From NCBI GenBank assembly GCA_964492935.1, contig CAZBLF010000008.1, positions 1-38,958 of the forward strand: DNA of 38,958 bases, written 5' to 3'. The notes under the pieces are model-generated. The model was not told the DNA's origin and did not search any database. It worked only from the letters and a program-made list of their open reading frames with translations. Made by a program: the position numbers and the translations under genes. Every line of letters starts with the position of its first letter. Position 1 is the stretch's first letter. This document shows positions 19,552-28,710 of the stretch, in pieces. The stretch comes from an uncultured Methanosarcinales archaeon. Its GTDB lineage: Archaea; Nanobdellota; Nanobdellia; Woesearchaeales; JACPBV01.

Positions 19552-19801
19552 GATTTTTACCTCCAGTTCTGATAAGACTTCTACATTTTTTGAAGTAGTC
19601 TTCCTTGAGTTGGACGTCTAGCGATACCTCCTAATTGATTTCAGGCTTATCCGAATATCATTATTTAGAAGTTTTGCGTGTCCTTAGAAATCGAGGCATA
19701 CATATATAGTTTTTGCTTAATTGTCCAGTAGTTAATTTCTTTTTTGTATCCTATTGCAGTAGTATTTATTTCATTGCATATAAATAGTCTGATGTGTATA
19801 A

Positions 19802-20740
19802 TTAGGTTTTTTTAATCTTGGCTACGAAGAAGCCCTCTGAGTCATTATCCTGGGGCCAGATTCTTAGGCACTTAGAGATGTCTTTATGGTAATGTTTGCC
19901 TTCGAATTCTTTGACGGTAGGGCTGGTTTTTAATCCAGTGAGTTTTATCTCTTGGAGCAAAGCATCGGGATATTTGTCGAGTAGCCAAGATACGACCTCT
20001 TCGTCTTCTTCGGGTTCGAGTGAACAGGTAGAATAGACTACGATGCCGCCTTTCTTTACTATTTTGAAGGCGGTTTCTAATAATTGTCTTTGCTGCCCGT
20101 TGAGGCGTCTGATTGCATGGGGATTCCACATTCCTATTGTTTTGAGAGACTTTCGGATGGTGCCGGTTCCGGAACAGGGTGCATCTACAAGAATTCTATC
20201 GAACTCGATGTGGGACTTGGCGTAGTGTCTTCCTTCTCCGAGCGTGATGATTGCATTGCGGACACCCATGCGCTGGAGATTGATTCCTAATGGTTGCAAG
20301 CGTATGCCTTGGTAGTCGTTAGCTAGGAGCATGCCTTCTCCCTTCATGTACTGTGCTATTTGGGTCGTTTTAGAGCCAGGGGCTGCACACATGTCTAAGA
20401 TGGTTTCTCCGGGTTGGGGGTCTAGTGCGAGCGGAGGGAGCATGCTTGCTGCTTCCTGGATGTAATAGTATCCTAGCTGGTGTTCAACGGTGTTTCCGAT
20501 GTCTAGTCTTCCTGTTTTGTGCTTGACCCAGAAGCCTTCTTTGCACCAGGGAACGGGAGTAAGTTGCCAGCCTTGCTTTTCTAGACGTGCCTTGACTTCT
20601 TTTATGGATCTTTTTAGGGTGTTTATTCTTACTGATCTTCTTAGAAATGTTTTTGAGATTGTGCTGAAGACTTCCCAGTTGGTTAGTTTTTCATATCTCG
20701 CTTTGAATGCGGGTTTGTATTGGATGTATTGTGGTTTCAT
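19802..20740 (-). CDS. RsmB/NOL1/Nop2-family RNA m5C methyltransferase (start re-assigned to MKPQYIQ)
   Basis: YYIQEAASM, LDMCAAPGSKT, ILVDAPCSG, VYSTCSL, SEGFFVAK. Confidence 0.93.
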   Translation of the reverse strand: MKPQYIQYKPAFKARYEKLTNWEVFSTISKTFLRRSVRINTLKRSIKEVKARLEKQGWQLTPVPWCKEGFWVKHKTGRLDIGNTVEHQLGYYYIQEAASMLPPLALDPQPGETILDMCAAPGSKTTQIAQYMKGEGMLLANDYQGIRLQPLGINLQRMGVRNAIITLGEGRHYAKSHIEFDRILVDAPCSGTGTIRKSLKTIGMWNPHAIRRLNGQQRQLLETAFKIVKKGGIVVYSTCSLEPEEDEEVVSWLLDKYPDALLQEIKLTGLKTSPTVKEFEGKHYHKDISKCLRIWPQDNDSEGFFVAKIKKT

Positions 20741-20771
20741 CGTTGTCAAAATTCCATCTCTCTTTAAAATG

Positions 20772-21386
20772 CTACTTATCTCTTTGATAATAATCATTGT
20801 TGCTGAGTTGTTGAGGGGGTTTTCTTCTTATCATGTGGATGAGCATTACGATGATGGCAATGAGTATGATAGCTGCGAGAGGGATGCGGAATACCTTGTA
20901 ATTGAAGGACGTGCAGTCGTCGCAGCCGATTTTTAAGTATTCTATAGGGGGATTTTCTAAATCTACTTCGAGTTTTATTTCATTATCTTTGAGGATGCGG
21001 ATGTAGCGCCCATTTTCAAGTGAGGGGACTGCTACTGTTTCAGAGCTTTCAGTGAGTGTGATGGGTTTTAGGTTACAGGTGGGATCATCGAAGCATCCTG
21101 GACCTGGTTCAGGAATAACCGTTAGGGCAAACCTAAATTTATTGCTATACAAAATATTTTCGTCTTCCTTGATGAGCTGAACCTCATAATCTCCATCCTC
21201 CTGCCTGAAGGAAGCTCCACGTGAGCTATGCTGAAGGTCAGCATAATGAATCTCACCATGATCGTATTCTAAACTTAAGAGGTGATACGTATCGTGCCAT
21301 GCATATTGTTCTTGAGCTAAAACTGTTAAAGCTGATACAATCATTGACATGGCTACTATTCCCATTATTATTCTGCCGCTATGCAT
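20772..21386 (-). CDS. Hypothetical membrane-anchored secreted protein (signal peptide plus C-terminal TM); start possibly 21365
   Basis: Hydrophobic N-terminus, beta-rich body, C-terminal IPLAAIILIAIIVMLIHMIRRK; overlaps the protease stop. Confidence 0.7.
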   Translation of the reverse strand: MHSGRIIMGIVAMSMIVSALTVLAQEQYAWHDTYHLLSLEYDHGEIHYADLQHSSRGASFRQEDGDYEVQLIKEDENILYSNKFRFALTVIPEPGPGCFDDPTCNLKPITLTESSETVAVPSLENGRYIRILKDNEIKLEVDLENPPIEYLKIGCDDCTSFNYKVFRIPLAAIILIAIIVMLIHMIRRKPPQQLSNNDYYQRDK

Positions 21387-23740
21387 CTTCCTTCGTTTTC
21401 ACCGGAGCCGCAAATTTCGTTTTCTCCACAGCTTGTTCCTTGAGGTTTTGCTACGCATTTTCCTTGTTCTGAGCATTTTTGAAGACAATTTGGTGAGAAT
21501 CCCGCAAATTCTTTGCAGATCAACGCCTGGCTACCCAAATGATCATCGGGATGGCATTCAGCACCAACATCAACACATTTGCCGCTATCTTTCTTACTGC
21601 CACATTTGCCCGCGTAGTAACCTACCTTGAACGCGCGACACCAAGTTTCAGCATGTTTTGCTGCGCATTTACCGTTGTCGCAAGCCGAACAATCAGGAGC
21701 CCACCCTTTCGAGAGATGGCAACTGGTCCTTTCATCGGGGATGCATTCCAGTTCTCCCCTTACGCATTTTCCTTCATGTATGGTGTCCTTTTTTCCACAT
21801 TTGCCAAAATTTGTGAGGCGCTCCCTGTCATCAAATGTCCTACAATCATTTTCGGTAGGAATGCATTCTAATTCGGTGTTGCAGCCCGAATTACAATCCT
21901 TGGCCCATTTTCTGTCGGTTTTGCAGTCCCAATTCTTTATACACTCTTTGATTTCATGCGGTATGCACTGTCCGACGCCACTGCATCTGCCTAGAATAGG
22001 CGCGACTTCATTTTTTACCCGGTATTTTACCCCCCCCGGTGAACCTATTAGCCAATTTGTTGATTTGAAGTACCCACTCATTGTACATTCAGCATTTTCT
22101 CGAATTATGCAATTTCCGGTAGATCTTTCACAGTGATAGGAGCAGTCACCAAAGAGATCTACACAATCAGAATTCTCATTGCACTTAAATTTTTTACTTC
22201 CCAGAATTGACGGCAAGTCGTTGCATTTATTTTCTGTTTCCTCATATCCCATTTCACCAAGAATCGCCTCACACTCCGCCATGTTAAAATAATCTGATTC
22301 ATGCTGAAATAAATCTATTAGAAATGTTAAGCTTTCTTCTGAATCTGGAAGTCCAATTTTACTATAGTCGATATTCTTTTTCCCCCAGAAATCTTGAATT
22401 ATTTTGGCGCGATCGTTGGTCTTCCGGAGCTCATCGTGCAACTCCTCAAGCTGTTTTTCAAAAATCCACAAGAAATGGGGGGTTGAAGTGACAAACAATC
22501 GGTAGCCCATAGTGCTGGAGAATGAAACTCTTTTCTGCTTCTCATCCTCATTGCATCCGATGAAGCAGACTTTATCTTTGGATTTTGGATCCTTTCGACA
22601 TTGGATTGGCACGTCAACGTGAGGATCCTTAGTCAATGGGAAGCAGCTTTTGCTAGTTTCTTCAAATTTATTTACACCCGGGAAACTGTGCCCTAAGCCG
22701 AATGCGTGCCCCATCTCATGAATAAGGGTACGAAGCTCTCCACTGGAGCCCAATTTCTTTTCTCCTAATTCTACTACGAATCCCTCCAATGTCTCTGGAA
22801 TTTTAGGGATTAATAGAATGAGCAGGTCATTATGTCTGCAGGGTTTGGCAAATTGGTCGGCCAATTTAATTATTTCTATCCCTGCATTTTTGGACAGGTC
22901 AAATCTAATATTTTCTGAATATTTTTCGTCAACGTAATGGTAGCTAAAAAGGCCCATTCCATAAGTTGCGAAGGGTTCAAAGTTTCTAATCCCCTTTAAT
23001 ACTGCATCTTCAAATGCGGAAATCATTTCATCTTCTGATGCAAAATCAGATCCAACAAACACCACCTTCCATTTTCCAGGGCCATAGTCTGGATTGTCAG
23101 CTACATCTAACTTCTTGCACAAATCAACACACGCCCCATCCTTACATCCACCCAAACATTTTCTGGGCTTCTTCTCAACAGCTATTTTTCCATCTCTACA
23201 TTCAGCTTCAACGACATGGGTTCCACTTTCGTGCATAAACTGCTCAATCTCATCAAACTTTCCTTCTGCATAGAGTTTTCCCCATACTATCTTTGAAACA
23301 AACATGCCGTCTTTCCTTTTAATTCCCCTGTTTTTGTCAATTATTACACAATAGTCTTCATGAACGAGCTCTTGTCTTGCGTTGCCTGTCGGCCCCACGG
23401 TGAGTGCCTTTTTGTAGTAGTTTAATCCATTGTCCCCGTCTATACATTCACGTGTTTTCTTGGTATCTCCTTTTTCTCCGTACAGCGAATCTATGAATTT
23501 CTCGAACTCTTCTTCTGGGTTTTCGGATGCAACGAGGCCTACGGGATTGATGGGATGGTCTCTCACTAGATTCTCTATTTTTTTCTTCTGTAGTGGATCA
23601 TAAATCCGCCTCAGTTTCTGCTCTTTTTTTGAATAGATTAGGAGTAGGTCTGCGTCTGCATGTTTATTCTTTGCAGATTCGAGCGCATTATCTGTTTCAA
23701 TCACTTCGATTGCAATGTCCAGATCTTCATAGTTATCCAA
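21368..23740 (-). CDS. Zinc metalloprotease (metzincin-type) with Cys-rich repeats; N-terminus lacks a signal peptide
   Basis: HEMGHAFGLGH (HExxHxxGxxH), probable Met-turn STMGY, CIDGDNGLNYYKK motif, about four C-terminal Cys-rich repeats; TTG start uncertain. Confidence 0.75.
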   Translation of the reverse strand: MDNYEDLDIAIEVIETDNALESAKNKHADADLLLIYSKKEQKLRRIYDPLQKKKIENLVRDHPINPVGLVASENPEEEFEKFIDSLYGEKGDTKKTRECIDGDNGLNYYKKALTVGPTGNARQELVHEDYCVIIDKNRGIKRKDGMFVSKIVWGKLYAEGKFDEIEQFMHESGTHVVEAECRDGKIAVEKKPRKCLGGCKDGACVDLCKKLDVADNPDYGPGKWKVVFVGSDFASEDEMISAFEDAVLKGIRNFEPFATYGMGLFSYHYVDEKYSENIRFDLSKNAGIEIIKLADQFAKPCRHNDLLILLIPKIPETLEGFVVELGEKKLGSSGELRTLIHEMGHAFGLGHSFPGVNKFEETSKSCFPLTKDPHVDVPIQCRKDPKSKDKVCFIGCNEDEKQKRVSFSSTMGYRLFVTSTPHFLWIFEKQLEELHDELRKTNDRAKIIQDFWGKKNIDYSKIGLPDSEESLTFLIDLFQHESDYFNMAECEAILGEMGYEETENKCNDLPSILGSKKFKCNENSDCVDLFGDCSYHCERSTGNCIIRENAECTMSGYFKSTNWLIGSPGGVKYRVKNEVAPILGRCSGVGQCIPHEIKECIKNWDCKTDRKWAKDCNSGCNTELECIPTENDCRTFDDRERLTNFGKCGKKDTIHEGKCVRGELECIPDERTSCHLSKGWAPDCSACDNGKCAAKHAETWCRAFKVGYYAGKCGSKKDSGKCVDVGAECHPDDHLGSQALICKEFAGFSPNCLQKCSEQGKCVAKPQGTSCGENEICGSGENEGRCIAAE

Positions 23741-23742
23741 CC

Positions 23743-23913
23743 TTACGTTGAGATCGGATCATCTCTTGAGAATCCTCTGCAGGTGTTTAGTTCTTCTGCG
23801 AATTTTGTTGTTCTACCTGCGAAAATTACCCAAATGACTACCAATACGACAAGCACAATTACGCTAATTATTACTATATTTAATGGTAGTCCCTGGGCTT
23901 TTTTCTTCAACAT
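23743..23913 (-). CDS. Small pilin-like protein with class III signal peptide (not in the ORF track)
   Basis: Manual translation: [60 protein letters not shown] prepilin-peptidase-type site followed by a hydrophobic helix; start overlaps the ATPase stop. Confidence 0.75.
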   Translation of the reverse strand: MLKKKAQGLPLNIVIISVIVLVVLVVIWVIFAGRTTKFAEELNTCRGFSRDDPIST

Positions 23914-26675
23914 TTTCTTGCTTTGAACAGTTTATTTACTTCTACGATGACAAAGACGAGGGAGGCTACACCCAAGGTGAAGATCCAGTCTTGTAGTGAT
24001 AACGGTACCGTTCTGAAGAAGCTCGCGAGCGGGGTGTAGAGGACGAGTGAGTGCAGTGCAAGCGAGACTACGATTGCTCCCCATAGCCAGTGATTGCTCT
24101 TAAGTTTGAAGGCTGAATGATGTTCAGATCTACAATTAATGACGTTAAACATCTGGAAGAGCATGAGCACGGTGAAGGCCATGGTCTGAGGGTAGCGGAA
24201 GAGTATTTCACGTTTTCTTTTGGTGATTGCGTCTTGTTGTGGGTTGTCGGTGAGTTGTTGAGCTTGGTAGAAGTCTTGGTAGCTTCCCTCAAACTGCCAT
24301 GGGCCTATCTCGTCATCATTTACCTCTATGGTTTGTTGCTGATGGAGTTCGTATTTGAACAAGCCCAGGGTTCCTAGCATCATAACGATGCCTACGAGCG
24401 CCATGCGTGAGGCTAGCGAGCGAGAGAGTATGCGATCGTTTTTGGGGCGTGGTTTCTGGTTCATGGTATCTTCTTCTACCGGTTCAAGGCTGAGTGCTAG
24501 GGCTGGAAGACCATCGGTTACGAGATTTATCCAGAGAATTTGTACTGCTAGTAGCGGTAGTGCATTCCCGAAGACTCCAGAGAGGATGATTGCGAAGAAG
24601 ATGGTTAACACCTCACCCAGATTTGAGCTTAGGAGATAGCTTACGAATTTTTTAATGTTTGCGTAGATGCCTCTACCTTCTTCTATTGCGTGGACGATCG
24701 AATTGAAGTTGTCGTCCGTTAAGACCATATCTGCAGCTTCTTTGGCGACGTCGGTGCCGGTGATGCCCATGGCGATGCCGATGTCGGCATTTTTCAATGC
24801 AGGAGCGTCATTGACTCCATCTCCGGTCATCGCGATGACATTTCCCATTGATCTGAGCGCGTCCACAATGGCTGTTTTATGGGATGGATTAACGCGTGCA
24901 AAGATGTTGGTAGTCTGGAGAACGGTTTCTAGATTTTTTACTCGATCTAATTGTTCGCCTGTCATGGCATTGCCTTGTATTCCAAGGTCGTGGGCAATCG
25001 CTTTAGCGGTTGTGGCGTGGTCGCCGGTAATCATGATGACTCTTATTCCTGCGGTTTTGCACTGTGCGATTGCAGTCTTTACTTGTGGTCTGGCTGGATC
25101 GATCATTGCTTGTAGGCCTACGAAAATGAGGTCGGTTTCTGATAGTTTTGCAGATTGTTTGTAGGCGAATCCGATGACTCTTAATGCTTGCATCGCGAAG
25201 TCTTCATTCGCTTTGAGAATGTGTTTTCGTTGTTTGTCGGTTAATGGTGTTATTTTTCCGTTGATTTCTATTTTGGTACATTTGTTTAGGATAACGTCGG
25301 GGGCGCCTTTGGTGTAGACATATTTTGAGGTGCCTTTGAGGTGTAATGTTGACATGGACTTTCGTTCTGATGAGAAGGGGAGCTCTTGCTTTCTGGGGAA
25401 TTGTTTTTCTAATTTTTCTTTGAGGAGTCCTGCTTTTGCTGCTGATACGATTAATGCTATTTCGGTAGGGTCGCCGATTTGGCCTTCTAATTCGGCGTTA
25501 TTTGCGAGGCTTCCAATTTCTAAGATGCGCGTAAGTCTTTTGGTATCTATTTCGACATTGTCGATGACGAATTCTCCGCGTGGCGAATAGCCTTCGCCGA
25601 GGACGTCTATTATTTCGTTGTTGCAGAAGATCTTTTTGACGGTCATTTGGTTGCAGGTGAGGGTTCCTGTTTTATCTGAGCAGATTACTGTGGTGGAGCC
25701 TAATGTTTCGACGCTCGGGAGTTTTCTCATTAATGCATTCTTTTTGATGAGTCTTTTCACCCCTAGTGCTAGGGAGATCGTGACGACGGCAGGCAGGCCT
25801 TCGGGTATCGCTGCAACGGCTAGGGCGATGCTTGCTAGAAGCAGATCTATTACTTCAATTTCGGTGCGTACGAGGCCTGAAATGAATACTGTGACGGCAA
25901 TACCGATGACGAGCCAGCCTAGGAATTTTCCTAGCTCGTCTAGTTTTTTTTGGAGTGGGGTTTGTGTTTTCTTTGTGGTCTGGACGAGCTTCGCTATTTT
26001 TCCGATCTCGGTTTGCATTCCGGTTCTTATTACGATAGCTTTTCCACGTCCTGCTGAAATGGAGGTTCCGGAAAAGACCATGTTGTGTTGGTCGGCGATT
26101 CCTTTTTTTGATTCTACAAGAGTTAGTTCTTTTGAGCTTGGGGTGGATTCTCCGGTTAATGCAGCTTCTAGCGTTTTGAGTTCGATGACTTCGATGAGTC
26201 TTGCGTCTGCAGGGATTTTGGTGCCCTCTTCGAGTTGAATGATGTCGCCGGGGACGAGTTTTGCTGCGTCAATCTTCTGCAATTTTCCGTCGCGGATGAC
26301 GTCTGCTTTCAATGACCCTAGTTTTTTGAGCGCTTCTATTGCTTTTTCGGCTTTGTATTCCTGGATGAATCCTAAAATTGCGTTGAGGATGAGAATCGAG
26401 GCAATGACAATAGCATCGATGAATTCTTTGTAGGTTAGTTGTTGGGTGTGTTCGAAGAAAGGGAGGATGGTGGAGATGATTAACGCGCCGATGAGGATGT
26501 AGACAACGGGAGAATGAAATTGCTCAAGGAAGATAACGAACGGGGATGTTTGTTCTGCCTCCTTGAGCGTATTAGTGCCATATTTAGTGAGTCTTTTTTT
26601 TGCTTCTTGCTTTGATAATCCTTTTTCCTGGGTCTTCAGTTCTTTGAAGACTTCTTTCAGGTTGCGATCGTGCAT
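23907..26675 (-). CDS. P-type cation-transporting ATPase (type IIA, Ca2+-like)
   Basis: [52 protein letters not shown]. Confidence 0.95.
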   Translation of the reverse strand: MHDRNLKEVFKELKTQEKGLSKQEAKKRLTKYGTNTLKEAEQTSPFVIFLEQFHSPVVYILIGALIISTILPFFEHTQQLTYKEFIDAIVIASILILNAILGFIQEYKAEKAIEALKKLGSLKADVIRDGKLQKIDAAKLVPGDIIQLEEGTKIPADARLIEVIELKTLEAALTGESTPSSKELTLVESKKGIADQHNMVFSGTSISAGRGKAIVIRTGMQTEIGKIAKLVQTTKKTQTPLQKKLDELGKFLGWLVIGIAVTVFISGLVRTEIEVIDLLLASIALAVAAIPEGLPAVVTISLALGVKRLIKKNALMRKLPSVETLGSTTVICSDKTGTLTCNQMTVKKIFCNNEIIDVLGEGYSPRGEFVIDNVEIDTKRLTRILEIGSLANNAELEGQIGDPTEIALIVSAAKAGLLKEKLEKQFPRKQELPFSSERKSMSTLHLKGTSKYVYTKGAPDVILNKCTKIEINGKITPLTDKQRKHILKANEDFAMQALRVIGFAYKQSAKLSETDLIFVGLQAMIDPARPQVKTAIAQCKTAGIRVIMITGDHATTAKAIAHDLGIQGNAMTGEQLDRVKNLETVLQTTNIFARVNPSHKTAIVDALRSMGNVIAMTGDGVNDAPALKNADIGIAMGITGTDVAKEAADMVLTDDNFNSIVHAIEEGRGIYANIKKFVSYLLSSNLGEVLTIFFAIILSGVFGNALPLLAVQILWINLVTDGLPALALSLEPVEEDTMNQKPRPKNDRILSRSLASRMALVGIVMMLGTLGLFKYELHQQQTIEVNDDEIGPWQFEGSYQDFYQAQQLTDNPQQDAITKRKREILFRYPQTMAFTVLMLFQMFNVINCRSEHHSAFKLKSNHWLWGAIVVSLALHSLVLYTPLASFFRTVPLSLQDWIFTLGVASLVFVIVEVNKLFKARKC

Positions 26676-26870
26676 TTACTCGATATCCTCTATGCGTTCT
26701 TTTTCGAACTTTTCGAACTTGACGTACCATAGATTTTTTTCTTGGTCAAAGCTAAAGACCACATTGTGTTTTTGGTCTTTGTCTAGTGCGAACAGAAGGG
26801 GCATCGGGATGGTTGTTTCGAAGCTGGATCCTCGCTTGTATAATTTTCTTCTAAATTTAACTGGTTTCAT
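26676..26870 (-). CDS. Small AbrB/SpoVT-like swapped-hairpin DNA-binding protein
   Basis: RKLYKRGSSFETTIP...VVF pattern; stop directly abuts the ATPase ATG. Confidence 0.55.
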   Translation of the reverse strand: MKPVKFRRKLYKRGSSFETTIPMPLLFALDKDQKHNVVFSFDQEKNLWYVKFEKFEKERIEDIE

Positions 26871-26880
26871 TGTTTTATTG

Positions 26881-26928
26881 TATACTTATATTAGTGCTTA
26901 TTGTTATACTTCTAAATATACTTATATT
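26881..26928. repeat. Four degenerate 12-bp tandem units in a divergent promoter region
   Basis: TATACTTATATT / AGTGCTTATTGT / TATACTTCTAAA / TATACTTATATT. Confidence 0.5.
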
Positions 26929-26955
26929 TAAAGGTGCTGTTTTAGGAGGTTTTTT

Positions 26956-27759
26956 ATGGTGTTGCGATGTACTCGGTGTATGAAAACGGCCATTATCGTC
27001 TCAAAGAAGGATATTGCGGGGATGAACATTGCTAAGCATTTGGAGTATTATGATCTGGCTATGTGTGATGCTTCGTTACATGTTCTGGATACGGATGCGG
27101 TGCACGCTGAGAGTATTGTGGATGATGTTAAGGCTGACTTGTATTTGTTTGCTACTCGACATGCAGCTGCTTCTGGGAAGCCTTCGTTGAGTTGCCATGT
27201 TGCGGGCAATTGGGGGGAGGCTGAGTATGGCGGGGTTGCTGGAAAGTTGTGTATGGGGCCTGCTTGTATCTTGAAGGAGGCTTTCTTGGAGTTGAACAAG
27301 CAATGTAGCGAGATGGAACATGAAATTACTCTAGAGGCTACACACCATGGACCTTTAGTTGAGAAGCCTTCTTTATTTATTGAGATTGGAAGTACTGAGA
27401 AGGACTGGAAGAACATGGAATCGGGCAATGCGATGGCTAAGGTTATTTTTACTTTACTTTCTCGATTGAAAACTGTTGATGCGAAGCCGTATTCGGTTGC
27501 AGTTGGTTTAGGCGGTGGACACTATCCGCACCGATTTAATAAGATTCAACTCGGAAAGGAGATTGCGGTGGGACATATTTGCGCTAAACATCATTTGCAT
27601 TTATTGGATGAGGTTTTACTGCGGGAGGCGATGGCTAAGAGTTTTCCTTCGTTTGATTTCTTTCTTTTGGATTGGAAAGGGCTGGGTCAGGAAAAAGCTC
27701 GGATTGTTGCTTTGCTTGATTCTCTAGAGTTGCCTTACAAACGTGCAGATCAGTTATGA
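26956..27759 (+). CDS. dtdA: D-aminoacyl-tRNA deacylase (archaeal DTD2)
   Basis: SKKDIAGMNI, ATRHAA, SLSCHVAGNW, LEATHHGP, FIEIGSTE, GLGGGHYP. Confidence 0.93.
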   Translation: MVLRCTRCMKTAIIVSKKDIAGMNIAKHLEYYDLAMCDASLHVLDTDAVHAESIVDDVKADLYLFATRHAAASGKPSLSCHVAGNWGEAEYGGVAGKLCMGPACILKEAFLELNKQCSEMEHEITLEATHHGPLVEKPSLFIEIGSTEKDWKNMESGNAMAKVIFTLLSRLKTVDAKPYSVAVGLGGGHYPHRFNKIQLGKEIAVGHICAKHHLHLLDEVLLREAMAKSFPSFDFFLLDWKGLGQEKARIVALLDSLELPYKRADQL

Positions 27760-27766
27760 TTCTTTT

Positions 27767-27871
27767 GCAATGCTGAGGCACGGCACAATTATGAGATTCA
27801 AGAATCTCATACTTGAAGCGAGCGAGAAGTTCGCTTCTCGCAACAGCCGCCTCCATCGGCGTCAGCATTGC
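27767..27871. other. Structured intergenic palindromic element (candidate ncRNA or MITE/REP-like unit)
   Basis: 10-bp terminal IR GCAATGCTGA/TCAGCATTGC enclosing TATGAGATTC-AA-GAATCTCATA and GCGAGAAG-TTCG-CTTCTCGC hairpins. Confidence 0.6.
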
Positions 27872-27918
27872 TCGTCGTTATGAAAACTTATTTATAGTCT
27901 GTTTCTGCTAGAGAGAGT

Positions 27919-28605
27919 ATGTTTAGGAAGAAGGTCACAAAAGATATGTATATTGCTTCGAAGAAATCTAGTGCTAAATCGAGTGTGAAATCTAAATTCA
28001 GAATTAAACGTGGACTGTTGATTATTGGATGTTTCTTGGTATTGGTGTATGTGGTTTTTTACAACAAGGTGTTGTTATTGAGTATGCTGGAGAAGAATCC
28101 TCAATTGTTTGCGGTGTATGAACACATTGCGTTGCAGATTCAGGGACGGACGTTGCTGGGTCTTGGTTATGCGTCCTTTTTTGGTGCGCTCTTTTTCATT
28201 ACCTTCCCGATGGAGGTGTTGTTCTTGTACTATGCCACTCTCGATTATTTTTCTTTGTCGTTGGTTGCGATTGTGCTAACGGGGGGATTAATGGGGATGA
28301 CGTTTAACTATGCGTTTGGGAGAGTTGTTGGGACGAATTTATTGAAAAAGATATTGAAGAAGAATTTCTCGACATTGGAATGGATTAATGAGCGCTTTGG
28401 AACTGCGTTTATTTTTATTGGAAATATCATTCCTAGTCCGATTGAGCCGTTTGGGGTGTTGTTGGGTGCGACGAAGTATCCCTTCAAAAAATATGTGCTG
28501 TATGTGTTTGCTGGTAGATTGTTGAAGTATTCTTTTTTGATTCTTGGCACGGATTATTTCTTGAACACGGTGTATCCTGCTTTATTGGCGATTTCTCCTT
28601 TTTAG
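27919..28605 (+). CDS. DedA/VTT (SNARE-associated) family membrane protein
   Basis: FPMEV, GGLMGMTFNYAFGR, IIPSPIEPFGVLLG, AGRLLKY pattern; multiple TM segments. Confidence 0.75.
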   Translation: MFRKKVTKDMYIASKKSSAKSSVKSKFRIKRGLLIIGCFLVLVYVVFYNKVLLLSMLEKNPQLFAVYEHIALQIQGRTLLGLGYASFFGALFFITFPMEVLFLYYATLDYFSLSLVAIVLTGGLMGMTFNYAFGRVVGTNLLKKILKKNFSTLEWINERFGTAFIFIGNIIPSPIEPFGVLLGATKYPFKKYVLYVFAGRLLKYSFLILGTDYFLNTVYPALLAISPF

Positions 28606-28615
28606 AATTTAGGTT

Positions 28616-28702
28616 ATTGAAAATCTCGTCAGAGTTTTCAATTCCTCAGACCGGAGGCATCGGTCTGAGTTATGAATATCTTTATATAGCCAATTCCTCA
28701 GA
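28616..28702. repeat. Two hairpins plus a 12-bp direct repeat flanking a promoter
   Basis: ATTGAAAA/TTTTCAAT, CTCAGACCG/CGGTCTGAG, and CAATTCCTCAGA at 28639 and 28691. Confidence 0.55.
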
Positions 28703-28710
28703 ATGAGGGT

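Noticed and set aside
27635..27868. 77-aa minus-strand ORF over the palindromic element
   Set aside because: Antisense to the dtdA end and explained by the structured element; no protein-like motif
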